Below are positions 16,419 through 23,921 of a stretch of 57,423 nt of DNA, in pieces. The stretch comes from a virus. Positions within the stretch are counted from its first letter, which is position 1; each line of letters starts with the position of its first letter. The notes under the pieces were generated by a model, which was not told where the DNA came from, ran no database searches, and saw only the letters and a list, made by a program, of their open reading frames with translations. Both the position numbers and the translations under genes were made by a program. Location of the stretch: the IMG/VR virus record IMGVR_UViG_3300045988_081621; one strand, written 5' to 3'.

Positions 16419-18134
16419 TTATGATAATAAGAAATTTATATCATCAACTGAAATCTTTCCATCTACTAATGCATCTGCAATTTGTCCTTTCTTTTCAACA
16501 AGTTCCTCAATTCGCTCATCTATGGTATTTTTGCATACAAGAGTAATGATATTAACTGTTCCTTTTGTACCAATTCTATGAGCTCTATCTTCTGCCTGTG
16601 CTTTAAGAGCCATATTCCAAGGTGAATCTAAAAAGATAACATTCTGTGCGGCTGTTAATGTTAATCCGGTTCCCATTGCTCCAATAGTACCAATTATAAC
16701 TCTGCACTTATCATCATTCTGAAATCTATCAACTTCCTTCATTCTTTCATCTGCTTTAGTTGCTCCTGTGATATAAGCTGGATTATAAGATTTCAATTTC
16801 TCTTTTGCAACTTCTGTTATGCTTTCCCAGTTGCTAAAAATAATAGCTTTCTGTCCACTTGCAACAATCTCTTGTACTAATTCAATCATTCTTTCCATTT
16901 TAGCTGATTCTTGAACTGTATTTGATATAATACCAGTCCATCCAGTTGCTTGTCTTAATCTAATCATCATTGAAAGCGGATTGTTTGAAAATTTAATCTT
17001 TTGTAAGTCACTCATAACACCATTATATACTTCTTTATAGATTTGATTTTGCTTAGATGTCATATCAACATATTCAATCTTTCTAATCTTTTCAGGTAAG
17101 TCAAGGACTTCTGTCTTTAATCTTCTAAGCATAATGTTATCCATCATGGTTCTTATTTCTTCAAGATTTTTATAACCTACAACCTGTGAACCACCCCAGC
17201 CACCTAATGTACAGTAATGTTGCTTAAACTGATAAAATGAATGATTCTCATATCCCAACCACTTCATCGGGAAGTATAAATCAAGTGGATTATTCATAAG
17301 TGGTGTTCCACTCATAGCAACCATATATTTAGCTTGTACGTTTATCATTGCACGACTTTGTAAAGAAGTAGGTTCTTTTGACTTGTGGCACTCATCAAAA
17401 GCTATAACTGAAATTGTTCCGTTTTTACATAATTCTTGTAATTTTTCAGCAATCGGAAAATGATATTTGCTTTTGGTTATCTTTTCCGCACCGGCTCTAA
17501 GCGTTTCGATGTTCGTAATAATGTATCTGCAATCTGGAAGATTGTCTAAATCGTCAAGCTTATCTTTTGTACTTCCTTCATAAGCTTTCCCAGTTGTCTT
17601 TCTGAATCTTGTACCAAGTACCCATCCTTTTTCATCTGAATGAATACTAATTTCTGATTGCCAATTATATTTGAGTGAATTGACACCACATACAATAAGT
17701 ACCTTATTTATCTTATCTGTTTTCTCAAGACAACCAACCCAGTTTATTATCTGAAATGTTTTTCCAAGCCCTTGGTCATCACATAACAAGAATTTCTTTT
17801 TATTCAATCCAAATCTTACACCATCAATCTGATGATTAAATGGCTTTGTCTTAAATGTATAATCCTTTGGAATATCAATCTCAAATTCTTGCTTATGCAA
17901 ATCTTCATATATTCCAGATATTTGAATTTCTTGATTTTCAAATTTATTACACAAACGTATTATATTATTGATTGGCATTTCCCAAGTATGATTATCCGGA
18001 TTATAAACTCTTGTTCCCATTTGCTTGATAAAAGAAACAATATCTGGATTATAATCAAAACTTACAAAAGCACTCTTTTTTACTAAAATGTTGTTGGTGA
18101 GCTTCTCAGGCTCTCCTATTTTTATCTTAATCAT
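16419..18134 (-). CDS. SNF2-family helicase/ATPase
   Basis: Motif I DDQGLGKTFQ, motif II FDECHKSK, C-terminal QAEDRAHRIGT. Start trimmed to the ATG at 18134 (MIKIKIG...) with AAAGGAGGAG upstream. Confidence 0.85.
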   Translation of the reverse strand: MIKIKIGEPEKLTNNILVKKSAFVSFDYNPDIVSFIKQMGTRVYNPDNHTWEMPINNIIRLCNKFENQEIQISGIYEDLHKQEFEIDIPKDYTFKTKPFNHQIDGVRFGLNKKKFLLCDDQGLGKTFQIINWVGCLEKTDKINKVLIVCGVNSLKYNWQSEISIHSDEKGWVLGTRFRKTTGKAYEGSTKDKLDDLDNLPDCRYIITNIETLRAGAEKITKSKYHFPIAEKLQELCKNGTISVIAFDECHKSKEPTSLQSRAMINVQAKYMVAMSGTPLMNNPLDLYFPMKWLGYENHSFYQFKQHYCTLGGWGGSQVVGYKNLEEIRTMMDNIMLRRLKTEVLDLPEKIRKIEYVDMTSKQNQIYKEVYNGVMSDLQKIKFSNNPLSMMIRLRQATGWTGIISNTVQESAKMERMIELVQEIVASGQKAIIFSNWESITEVAKEKLKSYNPAYITGATKADERMKEVDRFQNDDKCRVIIGTIGAMGTGLTLTAAQNVIFLDSPWNMALKAQAEDRAHRIGTKGTVNIITLVCKNTIDERIEELVEKKGQIADALVDGKISVDDINFLLS

Positions 18135-18150
18135 TATTATCTCCTCCTTT

Positions 18151-18462
18151 TTAACAAGAACAATGGCATCTAACTTTTTTATAAGATGTATATTTTCTTC
18201 CTTTACATATATCAATATACACATCTAATATAGGATATACGATTTCTCCTTTTGTATTCTCAACTGGTTCAGTACTTTGAAACGTTCTTAAATAAGTTGA
18301 TGTACATTTAGTTTTCATATTGTAATGATGTTTATCTCCCCAAGGTCTGAATGTACAATCGCCTATCTTTATATCATCTAAACTTTCTGCAACTGTCATA
18401 ACTTTATCTAAATGCTTCCACCATTTTTCGATTTCCTGTTGTAATGTGATTGAATGTACCAT
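18151..18462 (-). CDS. Hypothetical protein, first ORF after promoter copy 5
   Basis: 103-aa ORF with a Cys-rich C-terminal end. Confidence 0.5.
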   Translation of the reverse strand: MVHSITLQQEIEKWWKHLDKVMTVAESLDDIKIGDCTFRPWGDKHHYNMKTKCTSTYLRTFQSTEPVENTKGEIVYPILDVYIDICKGRKYTSYKKVRCHCSC

Positions 18463-18490
18463 GTTATTTTTTCCTTTCCTTTAATGTACT

Positions 18491-18535
18491 TATATTGTAA
18501 TACATAAAACTATTATTGTCAATAGTTTTATGTAC
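18491..18535 (-). promoter_or_regulatory. Early-promoter cassette, copy 5 (palindromic subtype)
   Basis: TTGACA (18517-18522), 17 nt, TACAAT (18494-18499). Same tacataaaac / gttttatgta inverted repeat as copy 4. Confidence 0.7.
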
Positions 18536-18542
18536 ACTAAAT

Positions 18543-18574
18543 AAAAAAATAGAGAGGATGTTTGTCCTCTCTAT
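18543..18574 (-). terminator. Rho-independent terminator ending the late transcription unit
   Basis: Arms atagagagga (18549-18558) and tcctctctat (18565-18574), followed on the minus strand by a 7-nt T-run. Confidence 0.75.
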
Positions 18575-18576
18575 TC

Positions 18577-18912
18577 TTATACATTCGCTGTCTGTACTAT
18601 ATCTTCTAAATTAGATAGATACTTAGTGAATACTTCTTTTTCCTCTGCTGTACAAGTATGATATAATTCACTTAACATCTTTCTAATCGTAGACATTAAT
18701 GGTTCAAGATTGCTTATACTTCTATTTTTCATGTAATTAATAAATAAGTCTTGAATATCTGTAATGGCTTCATCCACATTGCTATCTGGAACTAAATCAA
18801 TATTCATTTTATCTATTAATGCAAGAATTATAAAAGCATCAACATCAAAGTGTTTTTTCAGTTCATTTTCTGCAAGCTCTTTTGCTATTGGGATACTCTC
18901 ATTAAATGTCAT
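18577..18912 (-). CDS. Hypothetical protein
   Basis: 111-aa ORF, last gene of the late unit. Confidence 0.55.
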   Translation of the reverse strand: MTFNESIPIAKELAENELKKHFDVDAFIILALIDKMNIDLVPDSNVDEAITDIQDLFINYMKNRSISNLEPLMSTIRKMLSELYHTCTAEEKEVFTKYLSNLEDIVQTANV

Positions 18913-18920
18913 ATGTTCAC

Positions 18921-19214
18921 CTACATTGATAACATCACTTTAATTTTAGCCACCCTGTCTGCATATTTTCGCATACAGTGTTCCCATCTTTCTTCTGTCT
19001 CTTCCGGCATATAAGTATTCTTCATTTCTGCATATATAGATTCTCCCATTTCCTTGAAATTTTGAGCGTGCAGTAATTCTTGATTACTCATATCATGGTA
19101 AAGTTTAGCCCATTGAGGGTTATTAACTTTCAGTTCAATATACTTTTCAGCATATTCCTCTGCACCATCAACTTCATCTTTAATATGGTCGATATATTTA
19201 TTAATTTTTCTCAT
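18921..19214 (-). CDS. Hypothetical protein (helical, acidic)
   Basis: 97-aa ORF. Confidence 0.55.
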   Translation of the reverse strand: MRKINKYIDHIKDEVDGAEEYAEKYIELKVNNPQWAKLYHDMSNQELLHAQNFKEMGESIYAEMKNTYMPEETEERWEHCMRKYADRVAKIKVMLSM

Positions 19215-19220
19215 AACTTA

Positions 19221-19640
19221 TCACTCCTTCTCTACCACAAGTGCAAGGTTCTGAGCGGTTACTACCTGTCCACCAATAACGATGGTAAGATTAGCTGTGT
19301 CACAATCACAATTTAACCTTACAAGAGCTGATATAGGAAGAGTTACAATGTCACCTGCCGCTGTTGCTGTTGCAAGGGCTGTTGCTCCTTGAACTGGTGC
19401 TCCATCTTTAAATAATGTGGCTGTCACATTTCCTGCGGCACTTGCGGCTACCGATACAGAAGCATTTACATCATAATAACCAGCTCCACCTTGACAAGTA
19501 CCGATTGATACACCATTTCCACCAAGTTGGCAATATTTACCATATCGTCTAATTACTGTAGAGGGTACATAAGTACCACCAATACCAATAGATGTTCCTG
19601 TTGTAGTATTGACTACATAAATTCCTGATTTACAACTCAT
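19221..19640 (-). CDS. Gly/Ala/Thr/Val-rich beta-protein, possibly a C1q/TNF-like (BclA C-terminal-like) fold
   Basis: Start trimmed to MSCKSG (AAGGAG upstream). The pattern YYDVNASVSVAASAAGNVTATLFKDGAPVQGAT...IVTLPISALVRL resembles BclA-C/C1q jelly-roll strand patterns from memory only. Confidence 0.35.
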   Translation of the reverse strand: MSCKSGIYVVNTTTGTSIGIGGTYVPSTVIRRYGKYCQLGGNGVSIGTCQGGAGYYDVNASVSVAASAAGNVTATLFKDGAPVQGATALATATAAGDIVTLPISALVRLNCDCDTANLTIVIGGQVVTAQNLALVVEKE

Positions 19641-19658
19641 ATTATTATCTCCTTTCAT

Positions 19659-19691
19659 TAAAAAAGAGGAATACCGACAAGGCATTCCTCT
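19659..19691 (-). terminator. Intrinsic terminator inside the cassette after the lysis genes
   Basis: Arms agaggaat (19665-19672) and attcctct (19684-19691), followed on the minus strand by TTTTTT. Confidence 0.6.
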
Positions 19692-19719
19692 AATATTTCA
19701 AACCTTGTCTAAAAATGAC

Positions 19720-20334
19720 TTAAATGTTACAACCGTTGTTGCAACATGACTGATTCCAGTAAGGGTTCATACCTGCTGTGTATGTTGTCGCATTTGGATA
19801 GCGAACTACGCCACACATAGCGGACTGAAGCTGAAGCTGGTTGACCTGAGCCTGTAAGCTATCAATCTTATTCTGCTGAATAGCATCAAGAACCTTCTGT
19901 GTCTGAGCTGTTGTATTAGCGTTAATAGCCGCAGTGTTAATAGCTCCGTTATAATTAACACCATCAATAGCTCTCTGTGTTGTACAGCAGCAATCAGCAA
20001 CCTGTTGCTGAACTGTATTGAAGTTTCTCAGTGTTTCGTAACCTAAATTACAGATTCCATTCTGTAATCCCTGATAGTCATGCTGAAGGTTATCATTCAA
20101 TCTGCCGACTGAATTTTCCAGATTGTTGAAATTCATGGCATTACAAAGTCCTGCTTCTGTAACTGGTTCTCCATTTACATTTCTGGCTCCTCCAAAGAAA
20201 CCACCTCCACCAATAAGTAAGAGGATTAAAAGTGCGAAAATCCACATTCCGCCACCACCTGCGCCCCCGAACATACCATCTTTGTTGTTGTCAGTAACAG
20301 CGGCAATGTCTGCTAAAGATACTCCATCTGTCAT
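19720..20334 (-). CDS. Membrane-anchored Cys-rich coiled-coil protein, unknown function
   Basis: 204 aa. A TM segment flanked by Gly runs (GGAGGGGMWIFALLILLLIGGGGFFGG). Nine Cys including CCC and a C-terminal SCCNNGCNI. Q/N-rich heptad-like region. Confidence 0.55.
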   Translation of the reverse strand: MTDGVSLADIAAVTDNNKDGMFGGAGGGGMWIFALLILLLIGGGGFFGGARNVNGEPVTEAGLCNAMNFNNLENSVGRLNDNLQHDYQGLQNGICNLGYETLRNFNTVQQQVADCCCTTQRAIDGVNYNGAINTAAINANTTAQTQKVLDAIQQNKIDSLQAQVNQLQLQSAMCGVVRYPNATTYTAGMNPYWNQSCCNNGCNI

Positions 20335-20386
20335 AGTAGTATTCTCCTTCCATTTTTTTAATATTTATATTGATTTTGCAAAATCC

Positions 20387-20599
20387 TTATTTTAATTGAG
20401 ACATAAATTCATCTACATTTATACCTCTTTGCTGACAAATATTTCTAACTGCTTGCTCAGGATTTAATCCTTTTCCACTAAGCATGTTCATTATTCCTTT
20501 GACTTGATTTAGATTATTCATCATTGATTTAGCTTGACTAATTATCTGTGGGCTTATCTGTGAGGTTTGATTTTGACCTTGAAATAGACTGCTTGCCAT
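20387..20599 (-). CDS. Hypothetical Q/N-rich protein
   Basis: 70 aa with AAAGGAG about 10 nt upstream of the ATG. Overlaps the 3' end of the preceding ORF by 62 nt. Confidence 0.45.
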   Translation of the reverse strand: MASSLFQGQNQTSQISPQIISQAKSMMNNLNQVKGIMNMLSGKGLNPEQAVRNICQQRGINVDEFMSQLK

Positions 20600-20930
20600 T
20601 ATTCATCAACTCCTTTTTAAAATCTTCAAATTCCTGTCTGCTTATATAATCACTATTTTGTGATACCTTTGTATTTTCTTTTATTTCTGTAAATGAGAAT
20701 GTTCGTATAGATGGAAAGCCAGCACCATCTGTTGACTTCACATACATTATATCATCATTGGTGTCAAATAATGCCACTGTGCTATTAGCTAACATCTGAT
20801 AAGCTTTAGCTCCATCAATGCCATTAACCCTAATAAGATTCTGTGTGGACATTTGAGGTTGAGTTAATGTTGAAAATTGATTGGGATAGAAATTATTCAT
20901 TCCCATATTATAATTATTATATGGATTCAT
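20538..20930 (-). CDS. Hypothetical protein with N/Q/P-rich N-terminus
   Basis: 130-aa ORF. Confidence 0.5.
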   Translation of the reverse strand: MNPYNNYNMGMNNFYPNQFSTLTQPQMSTQNLIRVNGIDGAKAYQMLANSTVALFDTNDDIMYVKSTDGAGFPSIRTFSFTEIKENTKVSQNSDYISRQEFEDFKKELMNNGKQSISRSKSNLTDKPTDN

Positions 20931-21069
20931 GTGTATCCTCCAAATCTATTAAATTATTTTGCTCTAATATTTTGATGGTTTCCAAAGCAATCTTAACAAT
21001 ATAAGCTGAAGGAATTGTATTTAATTTTTCGTTAGAAACCAAGTTATTAAAAATATCTTCTACTGACAT
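20917..21069 (-). CDS. Small hypothetical protein (50 aa)
   Basis: ATG at 21069 with AAGGAGG upstream. Translates MSVEDIFNNLVS.... Below the ORF-track length cut-off. Confidence 0.4.
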   Translation of the reverse strand: MSVEDIFNNLVSNEKLNTIPSAYIVKIALETIKILEQNNLIDLEDTHESI

Positions 21070-21100
21070 AAATATTTCCTCCTTCTTAACTTTAATATAA

Positions 21101-21139
21101 TAAAAAAGTACACATCTAACAATGTGTTAAATGTGTACT
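21101..21139 (-). terminator. Intrinsic terminator after the sigma-like regulator gene
   Basis: Arms agtacacat (21107-21115) and atgtgtact (21131-21139), followed on the minus strand by TTTTTT. Confidence 0.6.
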
Positions 21140-21149
21140 ATATGTGTTA

Positions 21150-21350
21150 TTATAAGACTTTGAGAATCTTCTTATTAACTTTTCTACTTAACTGTCTAGC
21201 ATAATCATAAGATATATGTAAATCTTCAGCAATTTGTTCTAATGAAATTCCTTTAGCTCTTTCTTCAAACAATTTTATTTCAAGATTTACAAAATTACAA
21301 TTCTGTCTAAAATAGTCAAGTTCTGGCTTGGTAAATTCTGAAATTGTCAT
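21150..21350 (-). CDS. Small sigma-70 region-4-like HTH protein (putative transcription regulator)
   Basis: 66 aa. The segment GISLEQIAEDLHISYDYARQLSRKVNKKILKVL resembles a sigma region 4.2 / LuxR-type HTH. Confidence 0.5.
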   Translation of the reverse strand: MTISEFTKPELDYFRQNCNFVNLEIKLFEERAKGISLEQIAEDLHISYDYARQLSRKVNKKILKVL

Positions 21351-21405
21351 TTATTACCTCTTTGACCTTCTTCTTGAACGAGGTCTGTTGGTACGTTTTA
21401 CTGTT

Positions 21406-21660
21406 CTAGTTTTCGTCACCCTCACTCGTGCCAATATGAACACCTCCACTTTCATTATATACTGCATTTTCATTATCTTCTGATTGTATGTCATAAGACT
21501 CGGAAGTTGATTCTTCACTAGGTAGATTCCATGCATATAGCCATGCAAGATTTGTAGCAAATAGCATTATTAATACAACGATAAATGCAATAAACCATCT
21601 ACGGGCTTGAGTCTTTACTAGATGTAAAAGCTCACTAGCTAAGCTGTCCTTTTCTTCCAT
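21406..21660 (-). CDS. Single-pass membrane protein (lysis-cassette associated)
   Basis: 84 aa with TM WFIAFIVVLIMLFATNLAWLY and an acidic C-terminus. Its ATG overlaps the holin stop. Confidence 0.5.
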   Translation of the reverse strand: MEEKDSLASELLHLVKTQARRWFIAFIVVLIMLFATNLAWLYAWNLPSEESTSESYDIQSEDNENAVYNESGGVHIGTSEGDEN

Positions 21661-21890
21661 TAATTAGTTCCTCCATTCTTCTTATAATTGCTAGTACTAA
21701 TACCAAGAATTGCACCTAAAAAAGTATCAACTGCTGTGATAGTACCAACAATCTGTTCACCAAAAGGTAATCCCCATATGCTTGCAAGTGCAAAGTACAA
21801 AGTACCCAAAGCAGGAAGCAAAATTAATGCTACCCATTTTAACAAGCTATATGTTTTGTCACTCAGTATAAGATTTTTCATTTCACTCAC
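21660..21890 (-). CDS. Holin (Dp-1-type holin family)
   Basis: 76 aa with two TM segments. The pattern LKWVALILLPALGTLYFALASIWGLP matches my memory of that holin family. Adjacent to the endolysin. Confidence 0.65.
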   Translation of the reverse strand: MSEMKNLILSDKTYSLLKWVALILLPALGTLYFALASIWGLPFGEQIVGTITAVDTFLGAILGISTSNYKKNGGTN

Positions 21891-22158
21891 CTTCTTTTTT
21901 CTCTAAATCTTCAATTCGACGTTCACTTACTCTCTCACGAGTGTCCATAACTTTTAGTGTGGCTTCAATGTCATAGACTCGCTCAATTAATGAATTATGC
22001 TTATCTTGTTTCTCTTCTAAATTCTTAATATCTTTCTTTATAAGAGATACTTCATTTTTGACTTCCTCAATCGTGATGCTGTGTTGTTGTTTGGAGGTAT
22101 ATATAGTCCCAAGGAGGGATAAGCCACCGATTATTAATGCTACAATTATTGAAATCAT
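21883..22158 (-). CDS. XhlA-like membrane protein (lysis accessory)
   Basis: 91 aa with an N-terminal TM followed by a charged coiled coil. Sits between the endolysin and the holin. Confidence 0.5.
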   Translation of the reverse strand: MISIIVALIIGGLSLLGTIYTSKQQHSITIEEVKNEVSLIKKDIKNLEEKQDKHNSLIERVYDIEATLKVMDTRERVSERRIEDLEKKEGE

Positions 22159-22168
22159 ATATCACCTG

Positions 22169-22957
22169 CTAACTGACATATCTATGTCCTTGGTAGTATG
22201 CGGCAAGCCATCCGGATGGACATTTAATCCAAACATCATTTCCGATTTTTGTTACCTGCTGACAAGTTACGACTGTGCCTTTGTTTAAGGCTCCATCATG
22301 GTCGTTATCATGTGCTCTACCTCCAGAAGTTAATTCTGAATGTCTTTTAGCTCTATAATTAGTGCCTGCCCCTGTACGAACTTTAAGCTCAACTTGTAAT
22401 GTATAATTGGTACCTACATGATAGTATTCATTACTAACCGCAGGAGTAGGTGGTTTAGGTGCAGGTGTATCTCTGGAATAATCAGAGCTTGTTACTATTA
22501 CAGTATGTCCTTTGGTACAAGTAACAAGTATATCACCTTTATACAGCTTCATTCCGCTTCTATACTGACCAAGATTGTCAAATAGTCCTGTAGCTAATAA
22601 CTTTGATTTCTCATTAGCTGTCGTGAAATTTCCTGGGTCTACATTAGTGGCTTCTTTAACACACTCTCTAGCAAGTGATGAGCAATCACATTCTGTTGGT
22701 GTAGTAGTACCAATGCCATGTGTTACCACACCTAACCGATTGTATTGGTCATATCCTATATTAGGATTACCACAAGCATTATACATTTTTGTTCCAATAG
22801 CATTTGCATGACTTACAGATTTGGGTCTCAACACATTCCAACCTTTTCGATGGATATAGAATCTTTGAGTCGTTACTTCCTGACCTGTCTGGTCACCAGC
22901 TTTTCCACCTGAGTACTTTCCTCTTTCATCATGCCTAGCTGAACCAACTAAAATCAT
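22169..22957 (-). CDS. Endolysin: Cys-peptidase-like peptidoglycan hydrolase domain plus C-terminal SH3b
   Basis: N-terminus GSARHDERGKYSGGKAGDQTGQEV and ECDCSSLAREC. C-terminal SH3-like segment KVRTGAGTNYRAK...VWIKCPSGWL. Next to the holin genes. Confidence 0.7.
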   Translation of the reverse strand: MILVGSARHDERGKYSGGKAGDQTGQEVTTQRFYIHRKGWNVLRPKSVSHANAIGTKMYNACGNPNIGYDQYNRLGVVTHGIGTTTPTECDCSSLARECVKEATNVDPGNFTTANEKSKLLATGLFDNLGQYRSGMKLYKGDILVTCTKGHTVIVTSSDYSRDTPAPKPPTPAVSNEYYHVGTNYTLQVELKVRTGAGTNYRAKRHSELTSGGRAHDNDHDGALNKGTVVTCQQVTKIGNDVWIKCPSGWLAAYYQGHRYVS

Positions 22958-23027
22958 AATTACAATTCTCCTTTCTTTTTATGTATTATAACATTTTTAT
23001 ATTATTTTGTACATACGTTAATTAAGA

Positions 23028-23171
23028 TTAATTGAGAATATAATCATATTCCTCTTGATTTATAGTTCCATTTTTCAATCGCTTATCAATATCTTTCTTT
23101 GTGACTCTCTGAGGGACAGCTTGATATAAGCGTTTCAAACTTTGCACTAAAATTCTATATGTTTTTCCCAT
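23028..23171 (-). CDS. XkdX-like small protein (47 aa)
   Basis: ATG at 23171. C-terminal ...GTINQEEYDYILN resembles the XkdX-family ending found after tail-fibre genes. Confidence 0.4.
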   Translation of the reverse strand: MGKTYRILVQSLKRLYQAVPQRVTKKDIDKRLKNGTINQEEYDYILN

Positions 23172-23225
23172 ATTAAATTATTCCTTACTGCATTAATTGC
23201 ATAGTGTAATTGTCAATAGCTCTCT

Positions 23226-23735
23226 CTAATATCTAAATCTCACAATATTAGTATCATCTGACCAACAGCCAAATGTATCATTATCGCCGTAAGCTTTGAC
23301 ACTTACTGTAGCTCCGTCCATACCATCAGCAAAAAATTCATCTGTATAATTCGTTGCATAAAATGATGTATATGTTACATCAAATTCTTTGTAAGTTCCA
23401 TCTGCTTTTGTGATTCTTACCTTATAAGACGTTGCATTTTCGACTTTCGTCCACTTAACTGCTACGTAACTGTAGTTAAAATACCTTGATGCACTCTTGT
23501 AGTAAGATGCATAATTTACTGTCGGTGTACCGAGGATGCATTTCTCAAGCCAATTTTTTACATAGTTGTCGATTGCATCTTTTAAAGCACCATCAGGTTC
23601 GAAATTGATATCTGGAATCTTCACAGATGGCGGATTAAGTGGTGGTGTGCACGCCGATACCGGCGCCGCATTAAAAACCCCCATTGCAATCACACAAGTC
23701 ATCGCCATTATTGTTTTTTTCATTTTTCTAATCAT
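23226..23735 (-). CDS. Secreted lipoprotein with FN3-like domain
   Basis: Signal peptide ending in the lipobox VSAC. Strand pattern WTKVENATSYKVRITKADGTYKEF resembles FN3. Confidence 0.55.
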   Translation of the reverse strand: MIRKMKKTIMAMTCVIAMGVFNAAPVSACTPPLNPPSVKIPDINFEPDGALKDAIDNYVKNWLEKCILGTPTVNYASYYKSASRYFNYSYVAVKWTKVENATSYKVRITKADGTYKEFDVTYTSFYATNYTDEFFADGMDGATVSVKAYGDNDTFGCWSDDTNIVRFRY

Positions 23736-23753
23736 TATTTTAGCCCTCCTTTA

Positions 23754-23918
23754 TTAATTAGCTTCCGCTTTCGGTTCTTCTTCCTTATTAATATCCATCA
23801 ACTCATTGTACTGTTCCTCTGTGATTCTCCCAACTGCAAAGAAAATATCAATTTTATTCTTTAAATTGTCTGTCAGTCCGTTTCTTTCTTTAAGTTTTAA
23901 TAATGCTCTGTATAACAT
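23754..23918 (-). CDS. XkdX-like small protein (54 aa)
   Basis: ATG at 23918. Contains ...GRITEEQYNELM.... Lies directly after the tail-fibre gene. Confidence 0.4.
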   Translation of the reverse strand: MLYRALLKLKERNGLTDNLKNKIDIFFAVGRITEEQYNELMDINKEEEPKAEAN

Positions 23919-23921
23919 CTT

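Noticed and set aside
20538-20599. 62-nt overlap between the 130-aa and 70-aa ORFs, considered as a possible frameshift fusion
   Set aside because: - The downstream ORF has its own AAAGGAG and ATG.
- There is no slippery homopolymer at the overlap.
- Both ends read as plausible natural termini.
- I cannot support a frameshift.
21354-21560. 68-aa minus-strand ORF with a very basic C-terminus, overlapping the 3' end of the 84-aa membrane protein gene
   Set aside because: - It is an alternative frame of a better-supported gene.
- It has no RBS.
- The 55-nt gap it fills holds the RBS (AGAGG) of the sigma-like gene.
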